Positions 28,475 to 37,795 of a stretch of DNA of 64,000 nucleotides are shown one piece after another. Source of the stretch: Candidatus Bathyarchaeota archaeon (GTDB lineage: Archaea; Thermoproteota; Bathyarchaeia; Bathyarchaeales; Bathycorpusculaceae); contig CAWGZR010000005.1 in NCBI GenBank assembly GCA_963827165.1, positions 544,001-608,000 of the forward strand, given 5' to 3'. The notes beneath the pieces are model-generated. The model made no database searches. It worked only from the letters and a program-made list of their open reading frames with translations, and had not been told where the DNA came from. The position numbers were made by a program, and so were the translations under genes. Positions within the stretch are counted from its first letter, which is position 1. The number at the start of each line of letters is the position of its first letter.

Positions 28475-30901
28475 TTATTTGTTTCTTTTGGAAGGAGTAT
28501 AGGCCAACAGATGAGTTTTCAATTGGTCATTAAGCAATAAAGCGAAAATGAAAAACCACCCTAAAGTTATGGCAACGTAAATTGGCGGAATTGGCGCTAA
28601 TCCAGGGATTCCAACGATGGAGATTAACGATGAAATGATTATGTCTGCCACTATCGCAGTTAGAAGGGGGCGGCTGGGTCTTGACTTCCAAAAGTTGCTT
28701 CTTTCGCGAACGACAAAGATGGTGAATAATCCGCTGAACAGTAGCATGTCAAAAGAGAATGTGTTGAGAACTGCCGTGTTGGATAAGTTTAGGTAGTGGA
28801 GTCCTATGTACAGCAGCCCGAGGGATTCAACTACGGTGGCAACACCTAGCACGGTGGCTCCTTTGACTAGAGGTCTGATATTCCATGTTTCGGGTTTTTC
28901 AGATGGCGTCACGTTGTCGGTTGAAAGGGATATGGTAACAAAATCGACTAGAAAAAGCAGCAGAACTACCTGGAACGCTCCAACGACAAATAGCCCGGTG
29001 AGCAGAAAAGCTACAATGACGAACAGGATAACTTGGAAGGTTTTGACGATTTTATTAAATATCCATGTTAAAATTCGCTGGTAGATCATTCTGCCAGTTT
29101 GGATCAAATCTACAACGTTAGATAACCCTTCTTGCGTCAGAACAACACTTGCTGAACCCTTCGCCACATCCGTAGCGTTGCTTACTGCGATTCCGACTTC
29201 AGCCTGCTTCAGTGCCGGAGCGTCATTTATACCGTCACCGGTCATCCCGACAACATGGTTCTCAGCCTGCAATCCCTTAACAATTCGATACTTACCCTCA
29301 GGATAGATTTCGGCGAAACCATCGGTTTGATCGACGATTTCAGCGGCGACCACGGCATTTTCCGCGTTTTTTTCAACGTCCGCCATCCGAGTTATTTTGT
29401 CTCCGAGACCTACCTCCTGAGCTATTTGCTTGGCAATCGGCTGCGAATCGCCAGTTAACATCTTTACAGCTATTCCCAGAGAACGAAGTTTTACTATCAA
29501 CTTTGCAGATTCAGGTCTAGGCTTATCATAAAGCGCCACCAATCCGACAAATTGCATTGTTGCGCCTTCTTTGCCTGCTGCGACAGCGATAACTCGGTAG
29601 CCCTTATTTGCAAAAGCCCCCGTTTTGGTCTCAATGTCATTTTGCTGCTCTTTTGTGAGTTCACAAACTTCTGATACCGCGGAGACAGCGCCCTTTGTCA
29701 CTTTAAATGTTTGACCTTGCTTCTCAACAATAGCTTCAGTCCTGCGAGTAGAGGGGTCGAAAGGCGTGAATTTTTTTTGTCTGTAATCTTCCAACATTAT
29801 TTTTCTTTGTTCGACAGAAACGAAGAACGCTAAATCAATCGGGTCTTGGTTTGCGACCTGCGATGCTAAGGCCCCGAAAATCAAGGCGTCATCTTTCGAG
29901 TAATTGCCTATTTCCGCGACGTCGGTAACTGTCAGCTTGTTTTCGGTGATGGTTCCGGTTTTGTCAACGCATAGAACATCCATTAGGGCGGCGTCTTCAG
30001 AAGCGCTAAGTCTGGTGACGAGCACGCCATTTCTTGCAAGTTCGTAGGAGCCAAGAGCCATTGTAATCGTGAACATGGTTGGCAATGCAACGGGGATCGC
30101 AGCCACAAGCAGGACCAGCGCCAAAGACAACAAATCCAAGAGGTTCAGCCCACGAGCCCAGGAGACTGCGGCGGCCACGATAAGCAGAGATACCACCGTG
30201 ACAAGCAGCCACTTCATCAGGTTCGAGATTACTCCTTCCATATGCAGTTTCGGCTTAGCCAACTGAACAAGCTGAGTTGTCTTGCCATACACTGTGTGTG
30301 TTCCAGTCGCAGTGATAACGCCCGTAGTCTCCCCCTTTTTAATAAGCGACCCAGAATATACGAGGTCACCCATCTTTTTCTCATTGGGCAGGGACTCGCC
30401 GGTTATTGCCGATTGGTCAACCGTCGCTTCACAGTCAATGATTCTAAAGTCTGCTGGCACATAATCGCCCGACCTGACTCTTATAACATCACCCGGCACA
30501 ATTTCAGCAACATCTATGGTTTGCCAGACGCCGTCGCGTAGGACCCTTGTCTGCAAATGCAATTTCTGTTTCAGCGCTTTCACCGCACGCGTCGCCTGCT
30601 GCTCCTGAATAAAGCCTAAAACTGCGTTAACAAGCAAAAGGGCAGCTATGATATAGACGTCTAAGTATTTGCCCAAAACAAACGAAAGTACAATCGCCAC
30701 TTCAAGCATCCAAGCCGCTAAACCCCAAAACTTCCTAGCAAAAGCCATCAAACGGCTTGCCTGCTTCTCCTCCACCTCGTTGCGCCCATACACCTTTTGT
30801 TTTTCTTGGGCTTCAGAAGAGTTCAGACCTTTCGAATCATTAGAGTCGAAGGTGACTTCCGTTTGACTTCCTGAACCCTGATCAGTTGGCGTTTTGGACA
30901 A
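28475..30901 (-). CDS. Plasma-membrane-type proton-efflux P-type ATPase (P3A)
   Basis: [45 protein letters not shown]. Confidence 0.9.
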   Translation of the reverse strand: MSKTPTDQGSGSQTEVTFDSNDSKGLNSSEAQEKQKVYGRNEVEEKQASRLMAFARKFWGLAAWMLEVAIVLSFVLGKYLDVYIIAALLLVNAVLGFIQEQQATRAVKALKQKLHLQTRVLRDGVWQTIDVAEIVPGDVIRVRSGDYVPADFRIIDCEATVDQSAITGESLPNEKKMGDLVYSGSLIKKGETTGVITATGTHTVYGKTTQLVQLAKPKLHMEGVISNLMKWLLVTVVSLLIVAAAVSWARGLNLLDLLSLALVLLVAAIPVALPTMFTITMALGSYELARNGVLVTRLSASEDAALMDVLCVDKTGTITENKLTVTDVAEIGNYSKDDALIFGALASQVANQDPIDLAFFVSVEQRKIMLEDYRQKKFTPFDPSTRRTEAIVEKQGQTFKVTKGAVSAVSEVCELTKEQQNDIETKTGAFANKGYRVIAVAAGKEGATMQFVGLVALYDKPRPESAKLIVKLRSLGIAVKMLTGDSQPIAKQIAQEVGLGDKITRMADVEKNAENAVVAAEIVDQTDGFAEIYPEGKYRIVKGLQAENHVVGMTGDGINDAPALKQAEVGIAVSNATDVAKGSASVVLTQEGLSNVVDLIQTGRMIYQRILTWIFNKIVKTFQVILFVIVAFLLTGLFVVGAFQVVLLLFLVDFVTISLSTDNVTPSEKPETWNIRPLVKGATVLGVATVVESLGLLYIGLHYLNLSNTAVLNTFSFDMLLFSGLFTIFVVRERSNFWKSRPSRPLLTAIVADIIISSLISIVGIPGLAPIPPIYVAITLGWFFIFALLLNDQLKTHLLAYTPSKRNK

Positions 30902-31133
30902 ATATCATGACCTTTAAAATTCGTTTGTCTTATAATAATATCGAAATATAAAACATGCATGGCTAAGGTTTATTATTTACTAAACGGCAATTCGGGTTCT
31001 TTTCTGCACCACATCAGACTCTCTCAGCATCAACCAGGTTTGAATATATGATTAGCCCCATAATTCTTAAATGGACACTTTTCAGATTGGTTGAGGTAAG
31101 ACAAGGAGCGACTGCAACTTTCGGAGAGCAAGT

Positions 31134-31730
31134 ATGGCTGAAAATAATCAGTATGATACTGAGCACTTCAACCGTCGATCGTCGACTTATGAGAGTTCAT
31201 TAGACCAACTGCTTTGGTTCGACCGATTACAGAGACGCGTTCTAAAAATGGTGGAGAAAGGATTTACCCCTACAGTTGTCTTAGATGTGGGTTGTGGGAC
31301 TGGGCGCTTGCTCCGCAAAGCAAAGGCGCGTTGGCCCAAAACACAGTTTATAGGTGTTGATCCGGCAGAAGGTATGATAGAGCCTGCCCGCAGGTTAATG
31401 CCAGATGCCAAATTTTACGTTGGTCATGCTGAATCGCTTCCTTTGGCCGACGCATCGGTAGATCTTGTTTTTAGTACGGTTTCCTTCAATTTCTGGCAGG
31501 ATCAAGAAAAAGGTTTGAGTGAGATAATGCGTGTCTTGCAAGTAGGCGGTCGGTTGTTCCTCGTTGATGTTTGGCCGCCCTTTGGATTGTCCCGTTTCAT
31601 CCGTCGCTTTGAAGTTAACAATCCAGATGTAATGCGGGAAACTTTTAGTCGTATGCGATTTCAGGTTTGCGATCAAAGAATTTGGTGGAATATTTGGCTT
31701 GTCGTTACGGTCGGAAACCGTCGCTCATGA
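31134..31730 (+). CDS. Class I SAM-dependent methyltransferase
   Basis: VLDVGCGTG, GVDP, LPLADASVDLV, RVLQVGG. Confidence 0.88.
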   Translation: MAENNQYDTEHFNRRSSTYESSLDQLLWFDRLQRRVLKMVEKGFTPTVVLDVGCGTGRLLRKAKARWPKTQFIGVDPAEGMIEPARRLMPDAKFYVGHAESLPLADASVDLVFSTVSFNFWQDQEKGLSEIMRVLQVGGRLFLVDVWPPFGLSRFIRRFEVNNPDVMRETFSRMRFQVCDQRIWWNIWLVVTVGNRRS

Positions 31731-31818
31731 TATTTGGAAAAAAGCACAGGAAAAATTTGCTTTTGTTTATTCTTCTTGGATGCGAAAAGATAAGCAGATT
31801 TTAGATCCCGCGTGGGTT

Positions 31819-32403
31819 CTAGGATGGAACCGTTAGCTTGCAAATTAGCTCATAATGGTACGGTCCTGCATCAGCCTGCTTTATAACCGTGAAGCCGTTT
31901 TTTGAAAGAACTTGTTTAGCCTCGTCTTCGGATAGGCGGCTTTCTATTGGTGGTCCATGTTCTGTTTTGACCTTTTTCCAGTCTACATCAATAATATGCG
32001 CCGTGCGTTTGGATATGCGTTTAACTTCTTGAAAGAAAGCTTTTCTGTCATCAACTTCATGAAGAACGTTCGCAAAAAGGACAAGGTCCACAGATTCTTT
32101 AGGGATCCCTGTATGGCACACATCGCTTTTTATGGTTTTAATTACTCTTGGATTCGCCTCAGACTTAGAAATATTTTCCCTTAAACTCTCCAGCATACTC
32201 TCATTACTATCAACAGCATACACTAGACCTTTTTCTCCCGTCATTTGAGCCATTGGTATAGTAAAGAAGCCAGGTCCTGAGCCTAAGTCAGCCATCGTCA
32301 TTCCTTTGGCAATTCCGACATTTTTTAAGATCGTTTCTGGGTTGTGCCATTGCTTTCTTTCTTCTGACATAAGGAACTTGGCTCGGTCGCTATGGTATTC
32401 CAT
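31819..32403 (-). CDS. Class I SAM-dependent methyltransferase
   Basis: ADLGSGPGFF, VYAVD, VDLVLFANVLHE, DWKK...GPP; start moved to ATG 32403. Confidence 0.88.
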   Translation of the reverse strand: MEYHSDRAKFLMSEERKQWHNPETILKNVGIAKGMTMADLGSGPGFFTIPMAQMTGEKGLVYAVDSNESMLESLRENISKSEANPRVIKTIKSDVCHTGIPKESVDLVLFANVLHEVDDRKAFFQEVKRISKRTAHIIDVDWKKVKTEHGPPIESRLSEDEAKQVLSKNGFTVIKQADAGPYHYELICKLTVPS

Positions 32404-32934
32404 TTTTATTCCTCGACTACCGCTTGTTTGAATACGTGCTACCCCCACACCATTCACTAATAAAAACCTTGGGTCAAAGCCCAATGGACTAAATTAAGAC
32501 TTTTAGCTACTGTGGGGTGGATTTGAATTGATTTTTTTCTGAAATTTCTTCTCGTCCTTTGTTCTTTAATATTCACTTAAGGTCACCTTTGACCCGCTGC
32601 TTAAGTATGTTTCAAATAGATTAGCTAAAGCAAGTTTAATTCATTTGGCGTTGATGCTGCGTTGAATTAGCTTCCCTAAGGTAAGCGACTCTTTTGTCGG
32701 TTCTCTGAGGTAAATATTGCAAGTTCAAGATATCTTCGGCGTATTGCTTGGCCCCACTTCAATGAATAAATGACTGGGGTTCCCCCACCCTGCCAAGCTT
32801 CCGTGAAGACGATGGCATTTTCCAAAAACTGCCGTAAATGGTTTATTTGTTCAAAAAAAACGCTAAATATTAATGCCCGTTTACATAAGAAATAATTGTT
32901 TTAAACAGTGTCAATAAGGAGGAGGTAATTTTGC

Positions 32935-33219
32935 TTGTTATATGAAGCCACTCATACTCATCAAGCTTCTCGATGCCCATTATTGTCGACTGAAGGTAAA
33001 GCCATGCTTAAGCAGCTTTTCTCGGAGCAGAACATGAAGAATTCAGGCGTCAATTTGGTAGCCGCTTATATGAGTTGTCCGCAAGATACCTCAGTGGACC
33101 ATAAAGGTTTTTTCACTTTGGACGCCGAAAATCCGGAAGTAGTTAAAAGATTTTTTGGGCAAATGGCTGTAGAAGTAAGACCAGTCAAACCACTAAGCGA
33201 AGTTGCCAAGTTGTTATAA
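32935..33219 (+). CDS. Small hypothetical protein with HxHxxxxCP motif
   Basis: Strong AGGAGGAGGT SD before TTG; HTHQASRCP, later Cys and His. Confidence 0.7.
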   Translation: MLYEATHTHQASRCPLLSTEGKAMLKQLFSEQNMKNSGVNLVAAYMSCPQDTSVDHKGFFTLDAENPEVVKRFFGQMAVEVRPVKPLSEVAKLL

Positions 33220-33229
33220 TCTAAGGATC

Positions 33230-33424
33230 TCATGCTGTCTTTAATACGATTGCTGAAAAATTGCACTCAGCTGTGCAGTCGCCACACCCTCTGCAATATG
33301 TAGCGTCAACAACGCTTGGTTCATCGCTATCAATTCGGTTAATCGCCTTGTATGGGCATATCTTAGCAGCCTTACATTCAACACAATGACCGCACTTTCT
33401 TGGATCAATAAACGCCTTATGCAT
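33230..33424 (-). CDS. Ferredoxin (4Fe-4S binding)
   Basis: CGHCVECKAAKICP and CRGCGDCTAEC. Confidence 0.85.
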   Translation of the reverse strand: MHKAFIDPRKCGHCVECKAAKICPYKAINRIDSDEPSVVDATYCRGCGDCTAECNFSAIVLKTA

Positions 33425-33552
33425 AGCCCTCACTTGGAAGGTTTCCATAAGGCTTTATTGAGATTTACGCTTCGACTGACTGCAGCAAGCGCCGAAATTC
33501 CTTGTAAGCTAACACGCAACAAAAGCTTAATCACGTTAAACTCCGCCGAGGG

Positions 33553-34032
33553 CTATACTACTTCTTTTGTGGTTTTTGGTTTTCTTGGTCGCCATGTTAA
33601 AGCACTATAGATTGTAAACACTAAGAGAGCCACAAACACCGCTGCTTTGATGGCCGTGAAATCTATGATGGCTGAGTAAAGTGCGAAGGCGACGGGGAAC
33701 CCTCCGATGTATATTGTGAAAAATATTGCTGTGGGCAGCTTGTAGCTATATTTGTAGTCTTTAAAGATGCGTCTGCCAAAGTATAAGGCTGCCAAGCGCC
33801 CCATGCCATGAGTGCATTTTATGCAATTGTAACATGGACGCAAGCAACCCAGAATATGCAATACACCATAAATCAAGATGAGCGTTAGGACAAAAAACAC
33901 AATACCCGTTATGAAATTATATAGCAGAAAAGCCACTGAATCAAGAACAATCCAAAGAAAAAGCGCTAAGTTACCAAACAGAACCAGTTTTTCTGGGAAG
34001 AAAATTGGTCGACCGTTTTTTGGTTCTGTCAT
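33553..34032 (-). CDS. Hypothetical 4-TM membrane protein with Cys cluster
   Basis: CLRPCYNCIKC between TM pairs. Confidence 0.7.
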   Translation of the reverse strand: MTEPKNGRPIFFPEKLVLFGNLALFLWIVLDSVAFLLYNFITGIVFFVLTLILIYGVLHILGCLRPCYNCIKCTHGMGRLAALYFGRRIFKDYKYSYKLPTAIFFTIYIGGFPVAFALYSAIIDFTAIKAAVFVALLVFTIYSALTWRPRKPKTTKEVV

Positions 34033-34197
34033 GCCAGCATCTTCCAAACGATTGGAATATAAATTTTTAGCATAACAAATTCGCTTGCGCGCAATAAACT
34101 GTTCCAGTGGATAGCCAAGAAGTGACCGTAAGCAAACCGTGATTTTACTGCTTCTATTTTTTCTTCAACATTCGTCATGTGCTATCCTCAATGCCTG

Positions 34198-34605
34198 TTA
34201 TCTCAGATACCGTTTGATCATCGCTTCGATATGCACTTTGGGGTAAGCGCCAACTAATCTCTCAACTTCTTTGCCTTGGCTAAAGATGATAATAGTTGGA
34301 ATGCTCATTATTCCAAAGCTGCTCGGTACCACTTGATTCTCGTCAACATTCATTTTTCCAAATGTAGCTTCACCCGTATATTCTGCTGAAAGAGCCTCAA
34401 TTATGGGTCCTACCATTCGGCAGGGGCCACACCAAGGAGCCCAAAAATCTACAACGAGAAGGTCATGAGTCTGTACAGCTTTATGAAAACTATCGTCCGT
34501 TACTGTCATAGGCTGATTACTAGCATGCCCTGAGTTCCTGGCTTGAGCAAGCATAGCTTGAGTCTTCCTTAATCGAATTTGATCTAAATTATTCTCTTCG
34601 GCCAT
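34198..34605 (-). CDS. trxA: Thioredoxin
   Basis: VDFWAPWCGPC, GIMSIPT, LVGAYP. Confidence 0.93.
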   Translation of the reverse strand: MAEENNLDQIRLRKTQAMLAQARNSGHASNQPMTVTDDSFHKAVQTHDLLVVDFWAPWCGPCRMVGPIIEALSAEYTGEATFGKMNVDENQVVPSSFGIMSIPTIIIFSQGKEVERLVGAYPKVHIEAMIKRYLR

Positions 34606-34633
34606 AATTCATCGCCAGCGTGCAATAGACATC

Positions 34634-34738
34634 TTATGTTTTCTTTGCAGCCTCTCTTAGTTTCCAAACCTCACAGTGAGGCGCATGATCGCACATTTCT
34701 TCTGGTATGCCTCTTGGGCACTCAAATTTTTTCTCCAT
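34634..34738 (-). CDS. Putative 34-aa Cys/His-rich microprotein
   Basis: MEKKFECPRGIPEEMCDHAPHCEVWKLREAAKKT, ends 28 nt upstream of trxA on the same strand. Confidence 0.45.
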   Translation of the reverse strand: MEKKFECPRGIPEEMCDHAPHCEVWKLREAAKKT

Positions 34739-34849
34739 AATCTTACGTCCATATGCTTCAAAGGAATGCGAGCCCACCCAAATATATCTTACGGTATTGT
34801 CAATACTAAACAATACCATTTATATGTAAGATTTGATAATCACGTCCTT

Positions 34850-35233
34850 ATGGAAAGCATTAACCTGCTAACAAGAAAGGGTGCTTCATGCACTGACTTA
34901 CTCACATGTCTATACAACTTGAAACCTTCAGACCTAGAAGTCCTCCTTGCGCTTGCAAAAAATGAAAACGCTACACTAGACCAAATCGCAAAAATTGTGC
35001 AAAAAGATCGAAGTTCGGTGCATCGCTGCCTTTCTAAGCTTGTAAGCATAAATTTAGTAAACAAGCAGTCAAGATCTCTCAAAGGAGGAGGATACTACCA
35101 CACTTACACCATGCTTGACCCAGCAACAATTAAGAAGCACGCACTCGAACGAGTAAAAGAAATCACTGAAAGCCTTGAAGCACTAGTAGACAGCTTCGAA
35201 TTAGACCTTCAAAAACACTTAAGACAAGCCTGA
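34850..35233 (+). CDS. Winged-helix (TrmB-like) transcriptional regulator
   Basis: CTDLLTCLYNL, TLDQIAKIVQKDRSSVHRCLSKLV, GGGYYHTY. Confidence 0.85.
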   Translation: MESINLLTRKGASCTDLLTCLYNLKPSDLEVLLALAKNENATLDQIAKIVQKDRSSVHRCLSKLVSINLVNKQSRSLKGGGYYHTYTMLDPATIKKHALERVKEITESLEALVDSFELDLQKHLRQA

Positions 35234-35281
35234 AAACAAATGTACGGGAGAAAAAATAAAGAGAGACATAAAGTGGAGCAA

Positions 35282-35662
35282 ATGGAATGTAAACGCTGCA
35301 AATTGGCTCTAAAAGAAGGAGAAACATATGATCTCCACGGCAAAGTCTTATGTGAAGACTGCTATATGTATGAAACAAATCCCCCAAAAGCATGTGACCC
35401 CATGGCTGTGTCATCAGCCTTGTCTGTTCGAAAACAATTAGGGCAATCAGGCAGTTCAGGCTTAACTGACTTACAGCAAAAAATCTTCAACGTTATAGAG
35501 AAGCATGGCAAAATCACAAAGGAGGACTTGGTTAAGACCCTAAACGTTAAGACAGAGCAGCTGGAGCAAGAATTTGCTTTCTTTAGGCATTGCGAGCTAC
35601 TTCGGGCTTTTAGAGAAGATGGCAAAATATATTTTACAAAGTGGGAAACAAAAAGCGCTTGA
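35282..35662 (+). CDS. Zn-finger (LIM-like) plus winged-helix protein
   Basis: CKRC...LCEDC, ACDP, then LTDLQQKIFNVIEKHGKITKEDL wHTH-like region. Confidence 0.7.
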   Translation: MECKRCKLALKEGETYDLHGKVLCEDCYMYETNPPKACDPMAVSSALSVRKQLGQSGSSGLTDLQQKIFNVIEKHGKITKEDLVKTLNVKTEQLEQEFAFFRHCELLRAFREDGKIYFTKWETKSA

Positions 35663-35719
35663 AATATTTCTCATTAAGAAAATTGACACCTTGTCTAAGC
35701 GGTCCAATCATATGATGAT

Positions 35720-36079
35720 TTAATGGATAAATTGCAATTCTGTAATTCTTTTTTGAACGATATCTGCCAACTTTTCTATGAGGCTTTCTTCTGGGATTTT
35801 CTTGTCTAGTTTGTCAATTGTTCGGGCAAGTTCCTCGTCGCCGATCGTAGTTCTTAGCCACTTCTGAAAGTCGCCGCGGTCAAAGTGGAATTTGATTGAT
35901 TGCGTATCAACGGTTCCCATGTCTCTTAAGAATGAGCGGAGAGACAGTGCTGTTTCACCGGTGTAATGGCCGTCTGGCATAAAGAAGTGGAAACCTGAAG
36001 CATAAGGGACTGTTCTCAGAATTTTCTGAGTTGCTTGCAGGCTGCAATTATTACGCGCGTTAACCAAGGCGTCCACCAA
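35720..36079 (-). CDS. DUF5752-like protein
   Basis: FHFF...GETALSL...SIKFHFDRGDFQKWLRTTIGDEELA. Confidence 0.7.
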   Translation of the reverse strand: MVDALVNARNNCSLQATQKILRTVPYASGFHFFMPDGHYTGETALSLRSFLRDMGTVDTQSIKFHFDRGDFQKWLRTTIGDEELARTIDKLDKKIPEESLIEKLADIVQKRITELQFIH

Positions 36080-36260
36080 CGGAATTAATTATATAGCCTA
36101 TATGCCTTAAGTCATATTTAATGACTTGAAGTCGTTCCGCTTCCTCATGCTTCTTAGCGGTTGCTCTGATGTCTGATTCCTCTATCCCTTGTTTGATTGC
36201 GTTGGCAACTTTCTCTGCATTGCCTGTTTTAGACCAATAAATTATCAGTGCAGTTTTCAT
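36060..36260 (-). pseudogene. Truncated flavodoxin-domain fragment
   Basis: MKTALIIYWSKTGNAEKVANAIKQG is a flavodoxin N-terminal FMN-phosphate loop, but the ORF is only 66 aa and similarity is lost after ~45 aa. Confidence 0.6.
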
Positions 36261-36270
36261 TCTTAAGCTC

Positions 36271-36693
36271 TTAACCCTGCTCCGTTTTTCCTTCAAATTC
36301 AACCTTTACTGGCGTTGGTTCTTTGAAGATAAACAGCACGGGGCAGTTTGCTTCGGTTCTTCTCCAAGCAGCCTCTAACAGTTCTTTCCTTGTATCAGAG
36401 GCGGCATTGACTTTCATCGTGACGCCACTTATCATGGGCGAATCTGGCGATTTGTCAGCTTCAGCAGTAATTTCGACCATTTTGAGTTTGATGTTGCTTT
36501 TTTTACATATATCGGCGAAAATTGTAACGCCACAGTCAGCCAACGCCATCAAACTAAGTTCAAGGGCTGTCGGACCGCAATCCGTTCCGCCTGAAGCTGT
36601 TGAGAGGTCACACTCTACGCTATGGTTTCTTTGATTATCAACCTTTGAATGTACATTTTCAACCCAGGTAGCTTTTGCTTTTATTTTTGGCAT
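36271..36693 (-). CDS. OsmC/Ohr family protein
   Basis: GGTDCGPTALEL...LADC...EANCPV. Confidence 0.85.
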   Translation of the reverse strand: MPKIKAKATWVENVHSKVDNQRNHSVECDLSTASGGTDCGPTALELSLMALADCGVTIFADICKKSNIKLKMVEITAEADKSPDSPMISGVTMKVNAASDTRKELLEAAWRRTEANCPVLFIFKEPTPVKVEFEGKTEQG

Positions 36694-36733
36694 TTCTTTT
36701 CACCTATTAATTTTTTAATGTTTTAGTTGGAAT

Positions 36734-37123
36734 TTAATGTTCGTGTTCATGGTGATGGGCGTGTTCGCATCCGCCAACAAGATCTTTGAGTTTACCTTCT
36801 TTGAAAGATTCTATATTGCCTTCAACTGTGTTTGCATTTGCTTCCAAAACTGTTACGCCGGCATCTTGGAAGGCGTTTAGTGCTCCTGGTCCAATCGAAT
36901 AAGCAACTACAACGTCTGGTTTCAATGCCAAGAAACTTTCGTGTGAGTGCCCTGGAGCCCCTCCCATATGTTCACTTTTGTTTGGTTCAGTTTTGACTCT
37001 CGCAGTTTTTTGGTTCTCGTCAAGTTCTACTAGGGCGAAGTATGGTGCTCTTCCGAAGTGGTGTGCTACTTGAGCTTCTAATCCCGTTTCGTCTTCGACC
37101 GGTATCATTATTTTTTTTGTCAT
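36734..37123 (-). CDS. NifB/NifX family (FeMo-co/metallocluster-binding) protein with His-rich tail
   Basis: VAHHFGRAPYF, IGPGA, C-terminal CEHAHHHEHEH. Confidence 0.88.
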   Translation of the reverse strand: MTKKIMIPVEDETGLEAQVAHHFGRAPYFALVELDENQKTARVKTEPNKSEHMGGAPGHSHESFLALKPDVVVAYSIGPGALNAFQDAGVTVLEANANTVEGNIESFKEGKLKDLVGGCEHAHHHEHEH

Positions 37124-37126
37124 TTG

Positions 37127-37186
37127 ATAACCTTTTTAATTTTTTAATTGATATAGTTTAATAGGCAAACAATATTAATAGGTTAT
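37127..37186. promoter_or_regulatory. Inverted pair of TATA-like elements in the divergent nifX-like / lrp intergenic region
   Basis: ATAACCTTTTTAAT (37127-37140) and ATTAATAGGTTAT (37174-37186) are near reverse complements. Confidence 0.4.
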
Positions 37187-37205
37187 GTTTAGAAAGTAAA
37201 CGGTT

Positions 37206-37781
37206 TTGCTCATGGATGAGATTGACAAGAAAATCATAACTCAGCTTCAAGCAGATGGCAGGACATCTCTTGAGGATCTGTCCAAAATAACAGGCTTCAC
37301 AAGCATGGGAACAAAGAAAAGGTTGGAAAAACTAATTAAAAACGGCACAATCAAAATTTCTGCTCTGATCAACCCAAACGCGCTGGGGCTGCACCTGGCC
37401 ATTGTAATGCTGGAAATCGAGAGCGCTGAAGCGATGCAAAACGTCCTTGACCGTTTCGAGGAGTGCCCGAGAATAGTTCAGATTTTCAAAACAATAGGCG
37501 GCTACAATCTAATGGCACTTGTAGTTGCGGAAACGAGAGAAACATTAGAAAGCATCTCGATGGAAAAATGCTCCTTAAGATGCAGCAAAGGCATCCGGAG
37601 ATCGGAATTTTACCCTGTTAGCGACACCTATTTTTCGACTTTCCTCCAAATAAGAGAGAATTTGGCAAACAAAGAAAAAACGGTTGCGCCATGCAATGTT
37701 GAATGCGCCCCTTGCAACCGATATGAAACCCAAAAGTGTGTCGGTTGTCCTGCTACGAATAACTACAAAGGTTCTCTGTGA
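37206..37781 (+). CDS. Lrp/AsnC family regulator with C-terminal Cys-rich extension
   Basis: [20 protein letters not shown]; tail [20 protein letters not shown]. Confidence 0.88.
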   Translation: MLMDEIDKKIITQLQADGRTSLEDLSKITGFTSMGTKKRLEKLIKNGTIKISALINPNALGLHLAIVMLEIESAEAMQNVLDRFEECPRIVQIFKTIGGYNLMALVVAETRETLESISMEKCSLRCSKGIRRSEFYPVSDTYFSTFLQIRENLANKEKTVAPCNVECAPCNRYETQKCVGCPATNNYKGSL

Positions 37782-37795
37782 AAGGAAAAAACAAC

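Noticed and set aside
32404-32916. ~500-bp intergenic stretch as ncRNA or small gene (a 39-codon GTG ORF behind GGTGA exists on the minus strand)
   Set aside because: No recognisable RNA structure or protein motif; cannot be supported without homology data
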